A model generated the notes under the pieces. It worked only from the letters and a program-made list of their open reading frames with translations. It did no database searches and was not told where the DNA came from. A DNA stretch of 64,000 bases from Camelus dromedarius (Eukaryota). Below, piece by piece: positions 1 to 10,810 of this stretch. A program made the position numbers and the translations under genes. How positions within the stretch are numbered: the first letter of the stretch is position 1; every line of letters begins with the position of its first letter. The stretch lies in contig NC_087436.1 in the NCBI RefSeq assembly GCF_036321535.1, positions 120,282,001 through 120,346,000 of the forward strand. The letters are read 5' to 3'.

Positions 1-575
1 TGGCTGGGAGGCGGGACGGAGCCCCTCACTTGGGAACCTTAGTGTGGGGTGAAGAGCAGGGCCTCGGGTGGGGGCCCCACCCCTCACGCATTCACGGGGT
101 CTCTGAGCTGACCCACTGGGGCCTCAGTCTCTTTACTTGCCAGCCCCACCCAGTGTCCCACATCGACAGCCACCGCCATCAAGGTAACAGGTCTCGAAGG
201 GCCCCAAGGCCCTGCGCTAATTCAAACTCGACCTTCCCCAGTCTCAGATTTTCCCCACCTGCACGCAGGGCCAATGACACCCTACCTCGCCAGGCCACTG
301 GGAGAATTTAATGAAATTAAATAGGGGTAATGACTTGGGGGCCACGCCCCTGAAAGTGGTGGTGTGTCCAACACCCTCCAATATCCCTTCAACAAACCAC
401 ATGGGCCTGGCACATAGTAGGGCCTCAACAGCTGGGTGGAAGGAAGGAGCGCCCGTCCGTTTCTGCTGGCAAAGCCTCCAGGTTGCTTAACACCCGGGAA
501 GGGAACTCATCACTGCTCCTCCCTGTAAAACACCTGCTCTGACTGGCAGCCGCCGGACAGACCTGGATTGATCGC

Positions 576-612
576 TGTGTGTGTGTGTGTCTGTGTGTGT
601 GTGTGTGTGTGT
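576..612. repeat. (TG)n microsatellite
   Basis: TG run with one TC interruption. Confidence 0.95.
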
Positions 613-727
613 AAGCTTTTGTTTTTTCAAAACAATTGTTTGCAATTACAAAGACAATTGATGATGTTTATTAAAATTTCAACAAGCCTAAAAATGAATA
701 AATAAGAAAATTAAAATCATCCGTAGT

Positions 728-885
728 GGGGAGGGCAGAGCTCAGTGGCAGAGCGTGTGCTTAGCATGCTGAGGCCCTGGGTTCAATCCCCGGTTCCTCT
801 GTTAAAAAGTAGTAATAATAATAAAGAAAGAAGCCTAATCAACTCCCTCCCCCAAAGCAAAACAAAAAATAAATAAATAAAATAT
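728..885 (+). mobile_element. tRNA-derived SINE, camelid vic-1 type
   Basis: Head GGGGAGGGCAGAGCTCAGTGGCAGAGCGTGTGCTTAGCATG, B box GGTTCAATCCC, A-rich tail. Confidence 0.85.
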
Positions 886-1640
886 TTTTGAAAGTTGAAA
901 ACAACATCACCCGCAGCCTTGTACACCCGGGGCTGGAGGCCTCCCGGTGCACATGTGCGTATCAGACAGAACACACGCGCACAGCATCCTATCCTGCGGT
1001 TTTTGCTTAAAAATGTCTTAATATTTTTCCACATAATTAAAAACGGTCACTTGAAGAGCTGTGTGACATTTGGTCGTGCGGACAGTTGAGAATTCCCGTC
1101 TCTGCTCCTTGCCTGTCAGCTCTGTTCTATTTCTAAACAAAGTTGCGGAGACGCCACTGCACACAGGTTTAGACGCCCCCCTCTTGTTTACTGGAGGGCC
1201 TCCTAGAAGTGGAGTCTGGCCCCAGAGGGCGTGGGCATTTTTAAGGCTCTGAAGCAAATGGTTAATTTCTCACTTTTTGCCCACCAGCCAGGTGAGAGGC
1301 CCATTTCCTCCAGTGCTCGCAACACAGGGACGTGTCATTTCTTGGTCAACCCACTGGAAAAAGTAGCATCTAATCGGTATTTTGATCGGGGTCCCCTGAC
1401 AGAGAGAGCGTCCACCACACTCTCCCATGTTTGCTGAGCCTACAGAGGAAGGTGTGTCCAGGGCTGGGTGGTGGCGCTGGTATTGGGGCTGCGGGTGGGG
1501 ATGGCCCGCCTCATCTTCCTTGGAGGCCCCCAGCATCCGGGTGGACCAGGCAGAGGGTCTCAGGGTGGTCTCATGCAGAGCGGGGCCAGAGCCCCAAAGA
1601 GACCCCTCACCGTGGACCCCTGTGCCCCGTGGAGCGGAGC

Positions 1641-1650
1641 TTAAAAATAA
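1641..1650. promoter_or_regulatory. MEF2 consensus site TTAAAAATAA
   Basis: Matches YTA(W)4TAR as an isolated AT island in GC-rich intron 7. Confidence 0.3.
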
Positions 1651-2049
1651 CCGCCTGGGGCCAAACCCTCAGGGTCCAACTGGGACATACGAGGCTGGGA
1701 GCGGATGGGTCTGGCTTCACCATCCCACGGAAAGTCACGGCAGATTCCGCTTTGCGAACAGGCTTCCAGCCTCAGCCCAGAGCCATGAAGAGCGTCTTTC
1801 TTTCTGAGACTGGGTCCCCCTTGATGGTGAGCCCGTGTCCCCGAGCTGCCGTCCCAGCGTCACTGTGCTTGGCGTCAGAACGTCCTGGTACAGAAAGCAC
1901 TACTGATGGTGGGGGTGGGCACCTCGGTCAGGGGGACCCCCTCCCCACCTGGGCATCCCAGTGCAGCTGGGAGGGGCGCAAAGGACCCCTTTCACAAGCT
2001 CTGGAGATTGAGGAACAAGAGGGGACACTGGGGACCAGGCTATCCTGGC

Positions 2050-2057
2050 TGACGTCA
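2050..2057. promoter_or_regulatory. Full CRE palindrome TGACGTCA
   Basis: Exact motif match only. Confidence 0.25.
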
Positions 2058-3449
2058 CCCCATGAGGTTCAGTCTCAGAAAAGGAGGCTTGTGTGACACT
2101 CTGCCCAGAAGGACGCTGGGTGAGGTCACCCAATGGCTGGTCTATGGGGCAGTGTGCAGCCCTGCTCAGCCTGCCTCGGGGTCACAGGAGACAGAGACAT
2201 CATTGTAAAGACTCCGTGGCGACAGAGGCGGGGGGTCTCAGCCTCTAACCCATCCTGCCTTGGGCCCCTCGGAGAAGGTCTCCAATCTGCTGGGCCCAGT
2301 CTCTGCAAGAATCCTGCTGAGCGGTTTAGTGGGAACCTCCCTACTCCATCTCTGACCATACCTCGTTCCCCACCTCTGACTTCGCTGTCCAGGCCCTGGC
2401 CGGCCTTCAGCAGGAGTCCTGTGAGGCCGGCTCAGCAAGAATCCCCGATGTTCCATGTCTCTTTTCGTAATATTCCATCCACTCACCCCACCTCGACCCC
2501 AACCTGGCTCCCTGGCTACGGATATCCAGCCATCCTGGTCAAATTCGGAGTCGGCTGGCTCCCCCTCCTCTGCTGCCTTGACAAGTGTGGAACCAGCTTC
2601 CTTCACCGCAGCTTGGCTCGGGAATGAGGGAGCCGCAGGCGGTGGGGGGAGGGGGGCCATCAGAGTGATACACTAAGTGTAGTCAAAGGAGAGCGGCTGT
2701 GTCCCCCCAGCCCCAGGGAAGAAACATGTCGTCAGTGAACAGACGGGGCTGTGAGCTCCAGGCTGAGCGTTGATGTAATTTTTAAACCGGTAGCAATGAG
2801 TGGAGAGGGGTCACTGCAGAAGGAAGGAGGGCAGCTGGCCGCCCCGCTGTTTCTCCGGGTCTGGTGGCCACAGGACGCTTCGCCTTCGCTCTATTGTTAC
2901 TGTTTTTATTTTTAATGGTGACCAGGTTGGGGGATTTCCCACGAAATGCATGAAATGGTTAGAAGGTTGGCTGTTTTTGTCTCCAAAACTCTTACTGACG
3001 CTCTGGTGATTCCCCTGGCCAGGAAGGAAGACTTGGGAGTGACTGGTCTCCACGTCCCTTCATCAACCTGGACCCTGGGCTAAGGGGCTTTCGGGACAGG
3101 CCTGAAGCCCCCACAGGCACCATGGACTACTTGTTGTTTCACATTTTGCTACGAGGCCCCACATTTCCAACACTCCTGGGTCCTGCTCTTGAATTTGACT
3201 TTTTAAAAATCTCGTCCATCTCAGGTTCACGGACATCACCTGGACGGATGACGCAAAAGGAGGCAGGCTGTCTGTCATTCTGCCTAGACCGGCGGGTGCT
3301 GGGTGGTGGGGACCCCTGCCCAGCCGGGCCCCCCACCCCCGCTGAGGGGCAGGGCTTCCTAACCACCCGGGAGGCTCGGGTGACCCACGCGCTCACACCC
3401 AGCACAGGGCGCGTCACCCGAGGGTCCGGAGCAGCACACGTCTTCTTAC

Positions 3450-3537
3450 CTTGCAGGTACATCTCCTCGCCTTCCGAAAACATCCGGCCGCACCGGACGC
3501 ATAGTGCGCACAGAGGGTGGTAGTGCTTCTCCCCCGC
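3450..3537 (-). CDS. ABLIM2: ABLIM2 coding exon 7, 88 bp, LIM4
   Basis: Translates AGEKHYHPLCALCVRCGRMFSEGEEMYLQ(G). Acceptor ctgtccag|GCG, donor CAAG|gtaaga, phase 0-1. Confidence 0.97.
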
Positions 3538-3707
3538 CTGGACAGAGCACAGAGAGGCAGCGTTAGCACGGGGTGAGGGGCCCGAACAGCGGCACTCAGC
3601 CCGGGGCACAGCGTGCCCACACTAGGTGCCCAGATGAGGCTGGAAGGCGGGTGGTGTAGCAGGGAGCCCACACTGTGGGGCAGGATGGGACGGGACCAGT
3701 GGTGACC

Positions 3708-3728
3708 CAGGCTGTCCAGGGTGCTGAG
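3708..3728 (-). promoter_or_regulatory. REST/NRSF RE1 (NRSE) site
   Basis: Minus strand reads CTCAGCACCCTGGACAGCCTG. Both half-sites (TCAGCACC, GGACAG) are perfect, with the canonical 2-bp spacer. Confidence 0.7.
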
Positions 3729-4479
3729 GGCCAGCCTGGGAGCAGAGACCCGTCCCCAGGAGAGCAGCTGTGTCACCTGCTCCTCCCGGCTCAGCGGCAG
3801 AGGGGTCTGCCCAGCATGAGGCAGAGGAGGGCCAGGTCCCACGCATCTCTGTGCGTGGGGGGTTGGGGAGGAGAGGGTGATGCTAAAAGTATCTTCCCAG
3901 GTGGAGTGACAGGAAAGGTGGGGTGAAAATGATGACTCATTTTCTTTTTGTATCCTTGTATTGCTCAGTTTTCTCAATTAGCGTTTACTGTTTTATAGTT
4001 CTTAAAACCCATTAAACCAGATTAAAATATTAACACTGAAATAACCAAAGCAATTTACATCGGCAAGTTTGGCTTCTTTCAACAAAGTACAAAAACCACC
4101 CCAATACACTGTATCGAGCAGGACTGTACCGGGACCTGGCGGCGGGCGGGGCTGCAGCCTGCTGCTGCCTGCGATGCTCAGCCCCGACTCGACTCGCTCT
4201 GCCCTAAAACGGGAAGGTTAATCACCACTCTCTGAATCTGACTTAGTAACACTCGCTCCCCTGAGTCAGTAAGTGCCGCAGTGAAATTCATCACAAGCCT
4301 CTCGTTTTCCCTCCCCCGGCCCCCGGTGCCTTCCCTGCAAACCAGGCCCGAGGCGACCCCTGCTTGTCAGGAGGAAGAACCCAGAGCAGGCTCCTCTCCT
4401 GCGTGGGGCCCGATGTGCCAGTGGACGTGGCCCAGCGAGGTCTTCAGGCAAAGGGATGCTTCTGGGAAGTGTCAGGAGG

Positions 4480-4740
4480 CTGCATCCTCAGTCCCGCCTG
4501 CTTTGCAGCCTCTGGGCCTTTGCACCTGCCGTCCCTTCCACCTGGAGTGCTCTTCCCGCTCTCCCACCCGGGCCACCCGGACCTTCCTATCTCACCGCCA
4601 CGCCACCTCCTCTTGGAAGCGCCCCCTGAATATGTCCCTGTTCTGGGCTCCCAGAGCCCCATTCCACAGAGTTTGACAATCATTTCAGGTAATTCTTCCT
4701 TGCTAGACAGTGAGCCTCCGAGGGCAGGACTTGGCAGGGG
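4480..4740 (+). mobile_element. Old L2 LINE fragment
   Basis: L2-like text: gggcctttgcacctgccgtcccttccacctggagtgctcttccc ... ctagacagtgagcctcc. Confidence 0.5.
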
Positions 4741-5649
4741 GTCACTTCAGGAACCCCTAGATGCAGGATTGATCTGGGTAGCGCAACACACCGCAGCACT
4801 GGGCCCCGGGGGAGTGAGGGGGACACACCATTTCAGTGATGACCAGCATCCAAATGCCAAGGGGTCAAAGCATCCCCCTCTCTGAGGTGGAATCAGGGAC
4901 GGGAACAGCTCTGTAGCTTTAAGCAGAAACCTCCTGTCAGCAAGGTCCCAGTTGCCACTGCGACCTGTGACCTGCCCTCACACCTCGCTCCTGCAGGCAC
5001 CCCCCTTCACTCTGGGTCGGGGGAACCCACCCTCATGACTTCAAACAGCAGAAGTTCGGTGACAGCCACTTGGGCGAGACAGCACCTGATGAGGGAAACG
5101 GACACAGCTGTCTCCACGGCGCACCTCGCGTCGCGTCTCCGCACGTCAGCCAGGTGGACAGAGGAGACTGCGGGGGCGTCTTCTAAGGTGACAGGCTGGA
5201 TACCCTGACCCGATCAAAGAGAGCTAAGGCTGAGCAGGGAGCCCGCCCCGCATCCTTGCTCTTCCCTCCGCCTAGAAAGCCCCTCCCACCTCTAGCACCT
5301 GGCCTCCAAAAACAGCAGCCCCAGGGCGGGGTGGGGGGCGGCGGCTGCCAGCGACTCCCGCAGCGTGAGCCAGAAGCCCTTCCACACGCTAGCTTGCCTT
5401 CATCCTTGAGATGAGGTACATTGCTACCCTCGTTTCCATAAGGGCACAGAGAGGTAGAGGAAGCTGAGCAAGGTCGCACAGTGTGAGGCGGTGGAGCCAG
5501 GCTTGCAGTCCAGGAGTCTGGCCCTTGTGGCCTCAGCCTCCAGCCTGGGGGTCCCTGACTCTGTGGGTCCCCCAACCCCACCCCATGAACAATCGGTACA
5601 GAGGCCTCTGACAGACCCAAGACTGAGCGAAGGAAGTCAGACACTAAAG

Positions 5650-6690
5650 AGCAGATTCCAGTTTTGCAAAGTTCAAAATGAGGCAAATGAATCTACACTG
5701 TTAGGGTCAGGGTGGGGGCTGCCATCGGGGGCTCCCAGGGGCGTCTGGGGGGCTGGGCATGCTCCTTCTCGGTCTGGGTGCTGGTTACTGGGTGTGTCCA
5801 GTGTGTGGGGACTTATCAGGTTGCACATGGCATATTCATGGACTCCTGTGTGTTACATGCCAATAAGAGTTCTCCCACAAAAGCATAAAACTGTAGAAGG
5901 AAGCACAAGGGTAGATTCTGATGACCTCGGATTCTTGGATACGACACCAAAAGCAAGAGCCGCAATACCACCACAGATTAACCGGGCTTCAGAAAAAGTA
6001 AAAACTGCTGTGCGTCAAAGGACGTTATCAAGAAAGTGGAAACACAAATCACAGAACTGGAGAAAATATTTGCAAATCATAGATCTGATAAGTGTTGAGT
6101 CTCCAGAAAATATAAAGAACTCTGACAGCTCAGCAGCAAAAGGACCAACGCTCCAGTTAAAAATGGGCAAAGGACTTGAACAGACATTTTTTTCCAAAGA
6201 AGATACAGGAACAGCCAAGAAGCAAACACAAGATGCTCAACATCACTGTCCTTGAGGAAATGCAAATCCAGGCAGCAGGGAGCCGCCGCGGCACACCCAC
6301 CAGGGCCACTGTAGCCACGACAAAACAGAACGGGGAACAGCAGGCGCTGCCGAGGCCAGGGGAGCCGGGCCCTCGTGCGGGGCGGGGAAGGGCGCAGCCA
6401 CCGCGGGAGGCGGTTTGCCAGAGCCTCCGGAAGATACACACAGACTAATCGTATAACCCAGCAATTCCACTCCTAGGCATATATGAAAAACAAACAGACG
6501 AGAACGAGAGAAATAAAGATAAATCAAAACACAGGTCCGCACAAAGCCTGGTACGCGAACGTTCACAGCAGCGTCCTTCCCAACAGCCGGAAGCTGGAAA
6601 CAGCCTGTAAGGCCGGCAGCGGCCGAGCGGTAAGCACACTGTGGCCTCTGTCAACGGGAGATCATTCAGCCTTAAAAAGGAATGCCGTCT
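5650..6690 (+). mobile_element. Old L1 fragments (an L1M 3' end, then an ORF2 C-terminal/3' region)
   Basis: L1 hallmarks: gagaaaatatttgcaaatcat, aaaatgggcaaaggacttgaacagacatt, acccagcaattccactcctaggcatata. Translation includes the L1 ORF2-like NWRKYLQII. Confidence 0.85.
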
Positions 6691-6714
6691 CGAGACCTGG
6701 GGCCCCCGTGATGT

Positions 6715-6885
6715 CTTAGACGGACATTAGTGTCCTTAAGAGACACCAGAGAACTCTCTGCCCCACGAGGACACAAGCCAGGGGCCCCCTTTGGGTCTCG
6801 GCTCTCCAGCCTCCACAGCTCTGAGAAGTAAGTGTGTGTCATTTAAGCCTCACAGCCACTGGCACAGCGGCCACGCAGACTAACA
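6715..6885 (+). mobile_element. MaLR (MLT1-like) LTR fragment
   Basis: tgtccttaagaga...gaggacaca...ccagcctcca...tgagaagtaagt...tttaagcc...cagactaa pattern. Confidence 0.55.
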
Positions 6886-8429
6886 GGCTCATAGAGCCAA
6901 GCACTAAGGTATCCTCTCCCCTGTATTAACCCCGCTGTCACTCCCGCCCTCTCTCCGGGGCCACGTTCCACGTGGGCTGCTTCAGGGCCCTTCCTCGTGG
7001 TCACTGTCGGAAGGGCCTCAAACATCAGCACGTGGCGGGTCCTCTGTGCAGCCACCCCAGCCCCCAGCTGGGCAGGTGGCCCACCCAGGTGGGACTCAAG
7101 ATGACTCAGAGTTTAAAAGTGTATCAAAGCCTGTGAGATCCTGTAGTGCGTGGTTTTAAAAAGATGTCTTGTGCCTTCTGACAAGTGGCCCTCCTCTTTC
7201 ATCAGACAGAACAAGGCTTGTTAGGAACGCAGCCTCGGGGGGCAGGGAGGGCTCGCTGCTCCTCCACGGTACCAAGGTGAGTGGAGGGCTCTGAGCGCGG
7301 CCCCACGGAGCACAGGCAGGGCCAGGCTGGCGGAGACGGGGCAGTGACTCTGGGCTCCAGAAACTCCTTCCCCTCCCTGCCGAGAGAAGCAGCCACGTCC
7401 TCCCCCGTCCCGGGCTGTGGCAGCAGAGAGGGACAGGCCTGGACTGCGATGTGCCTCCCGCCCCCCATGCAGACGTCCCCTTCTCCTCCCTAAACCCATC
7501 CAGGGCCTCGCCGGTTCCCCAGAGAGCCAGCCATGCCTCCACCTGCTTTCTCAGCTCACCTCCCCACCCCCCACCCCCCGTCCCGGGTCAGAAATGTCAC
7601 ACATCCCCCCGCCCAGGCTGGCCAGCTCCCAGTGGCTGCTGGTGGCACATCCCTGGGCCTGAATCGAAGATTTAGTCTCCTTGCTGAATGACCAGACTGA
7701 ATTCAGATCTTAAGAGACCTAATCACCAGAGCACTTCGATAAAATGAAATTTGCTAATCCAAACCTTCAGCAGGAGTGCAGCTGGGGGAGTGCCTGGCAG
7801 CCTGCATAGAGGCGTCTGCAGCCCAAGACCCTCCTGGTGCAACTTCGTCCTGAAAAGAAGATTCTGGCTCCACGTCATGGTGGCCAAGACCCTCCCCAGA
7901 GGCCCTGGCTTACCCCTGTCCCTCTCCACATCGCTGACACCACTGGCCTTGGGAGAGGCTCACTCTGGGCTCGGGGTCTCAGGGGGGACATGTCGAGGCT
8001 GGTGTGGCCCATCCTCTCTCACCCTCAGCTCTGTCTAGGGTGACCACTCCAGGACTGAGCCTTGTCCCCTCGTCCTCCACTGTCCTCAGGCCCTACAGCA
8101 GAGCTGCATGCAGTGGGGCTGTCCCTTAAAGACCTTAAGAACGAGGAAACAGTGCCCACCGGTCATGCATAAGGGGTCCTGGAGGACGTGGGGGTTCTGA
8201 CCAGTGAGTCTGGAGCAGAGAAGTGATGTACTCCTCCAGGCATTCCATCATGTCAGCTATCAAGGCTCTGAAAAGTCCTGCAATAGGACGTCTGCCTGGT
8301 ACCCTTCCTGGCTTCCTCGACCCCAGGTGCCGAGGGAACGCACTGAGGGATTCATCTTTGAGGATCAGGACCAGAGGCACTGATCCTTGTTGGGTGCTGA
8401 GCGGGGACATGATGTCAGGCTGAAGGCAA

Positions 8430-8625
8430 GTCTGAGTGTGTCTGTGTGTGTCTCTGTCTGTGTGTGTCTCTGTGTGTGTGTCTGTGTGTGTCTCTGTGTC
8501 TGTGTGTGTCTCTGTGTCTGTGTGTGTGTCTCTGTGTCTGTGTGTGTCTCTGAGTCTGTGTGTGTCTCTGTGTCTGTGCGTGCATCTCTGTATCTGTGTG
8601 TGTCTCACCGTGTGTGTATACGTGC
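8430..8625. repeat. Compound (TG)n/(TC) microsatellite
   Basis: TGTGTGTCTC-type repeats over about 190 bp. Confidence 0.95.
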
Positions 8626-10279
8626 ACACTCTAAAAGGATATCTAAATGCTAACAGTTTTTCTGGGTGATGGTATTCACTATGGATGGTTTTCTGATTTA
8701 TTTTATGATAAACAGATATTTCTTCTGAGCATGTTTTTAAAATAAACACATTCATTAAATTTTTTCTAAAAAGAGAGAAGCTGGGGCCTTGGGCAGTTGA
8801 CTTCACTTCTGTCCTTAGTAAACACCTTTATTGGTTTGGAACACAGGGTTTGTTTTCTCCCAGTGATTAAATTCCTGCCCGTTTACAAGGGGGAAAAGGA
8901 AGGAGCGAAGAAGGAGGGAACAAAGAACCAAGCACCTGGAGTTGCAGGAGATGGTCTATGTGAAACGGAGGAGAAGTGTCCAGCTGGCCGCTGGACCTGG
9001 GCGGCCCCCTCCCTGCAGGGCTCCTCCAGGCCAGGGTGGGACATGGTGAGTGCTCAGGAAGGGTCTGTGAGGTGAGTGGTGGATTGAGGAAGGAGGAGCA
9101 GAAGGAAGGGAGGAAGGGAGGCTGGAGGAGGGAAGCAGAGACGAAGGAATAACACGAGGAAGGCATTAATTAGTGGTCCTCAGGGACCCTGGGCTTCTCG
9201 TTACCATGGAGACAGCCAGGCTGCAGGAGGCAGGTGGGCTCAGCCAGAGGCACCGCCATGGTTAAGGAGGGCAGGGCTGAGCCAGAAGCGCTCCCAGCCC
9301 CCACCCCACCCCTCCCACCTGTGCCGGAAGTGGTCCTGCTAATCCTGGGAGAACAAGTAGAGAACAAGGTGGTGGCAGGGCCTGAGCCAGGGACTCCCCC
9401 TCACTCAACACATCCTCCCCCTTATCAAACTCTGGTCTAGTGGGTCCCACTAAACCACCGTCCCCCAGCAATTCACCAAGCCACCTTCCAGCTCTCTCTG
9501 AGAGCAACGCCATCCCCCGGAGCCAGCTCTGCAGCAGGGCTGCTCCCAGCCACCCACCTCGGCTCTCCCCACATGCCTAGCCATCTGTCTCGGCAACGGG
9601 GTGGGGGCCGATGTCAGCCCCTCCCAGGTCCCCTCCAGACCCAGGACGCTCCTCCACACCCAGCACAGAGCAGGCTCATCCAGGTAATCACCCCAGATCC
9701 ATGGGAAGCAGGAAAGCTCGAGGTAGAGGATGCTAAATATTTAGGAATGACTGGGTGGGGGGAGCAGGGCGGGGGTGGGGGGAACCGCACCACCACCACC
9801 AAATGCGCATTTCTCAGGCAGCCGGCAAGGTGGCTGGCGGCTGGCGCCCAGCAGAAGGTGGCACTGGGCCCAGCACACGCAGACGCGGCACAGATTGAGG
9901 GCTCCTGCGGGGGGGGGGGGGGGAGGGGGCCCGGCTGCTCTCCTACTTGGGCTCCGGAGAGGAAAGCATCTTGCAGGGCAAGACGAGGTGGGTGACAGGT
10001 GCCTGGGGTTCTCCCTTCTGGCTGATCGGCCAGCTCCGGGCAAGCCTACCCACCTGCAGCCTGCGTGGCTCCTCGTCAGACCCAGGAGCTTCCTACCTGC
10101 ACGGGGTCCTGGCACCAGAGTCCAGTCCTACGGGTCGGCCCCTCGAACCCTGTCCAGTGCCCCTTTCCAGAACAGGCTGGCAGGAACGGGCAGCGTGATG
10201 GTGAGGATGGACACCTTCACCCTTCAGCCAGTGGTCTGGATCCTTTTCCTTCTTTTCCAGGTCCCATCACCTGCCTCCT

Positions 10280-10810
10280 GCCGCTCCCAGTAGCCCCGGC
10301 CCGCCCCGCGGGGCGCCAGCACGCTCTGGGCCGGGCTCAGGAGATGCCACCGCGGGGGGCGCTCCCCTTCTGCGGAGGGAGCCGGCGCGTCTCCGCCCGC
10401 CGCCCGCCCGCCGCAGCTGCCGCCTTGCTGGTGAGGATGCTCAGAGCTGCGCAGGGCCCGCGCGACTCGGCCTCCCCGCACACCACGGAACTTGCCGGCA
10501 GAGGCGAAAACAAGCGCGTTAATCTTCCCTGGGAGGCTCTTTGTATCCCCCCCCCCCCTCCGCCGCAGACCTGCTTTTCTCCTGCTCCTGGCCATTCAGG
10601 CAGTCCCTTCCTGTCAATTAACCAGAGCGCAGCGGGGGGGCCATTCACGGCTCCAAACCCCCGAAGTCTGTATTTGGCCCTGCCCAGCCCAGCATTCAGT
10701 ACTGGGGATGCTTACCCTGCAGACGGGGTCCCCCCACCCTCCCGATCCGGTCCATCAGGGGAGGCCCGCTGACGGCCTGATGACAACAGTGCACCCCGCC
10801 GGCTACTCCG
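10280..10810. promoter_or_regulatory. CpG-island-like segment in intron 6, candidate internal promoter
   Basis: Visibly dense CpG with GC boxes (cccgcccc, ccgcccgccgcccgcccgcc) in non-repeat sequence. Confidence 0.6.

Noticed and set aside
728..800. tRNA gene (also at 18865-18937 and 47004-47075)
   Set aside because: The cloverleaf is degenerate and followed by an A-rich tail, and two copies have TSDs. These are SINEs.
1..3449. ABLIM2 exon 8 (GSSIWHPAC...) and the ABLIM2-hosted miR-95
   Set aside because: I found neither sequence by eye. Both are expected further downstream, left of the window.
5491..6255. 254-aa ORF with an L1 ORF2-like tail as a possible domesticated gene
   Set aside because: It is a chance read-through into a decayed L1. 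Similarity is patchy and shifts between frames.
8135..8806. 223-aa ORF with THTD/HRDT repeats
   Set aside because: The ORF is held open by the TG/TC microsatellite and has no recognisable domain.
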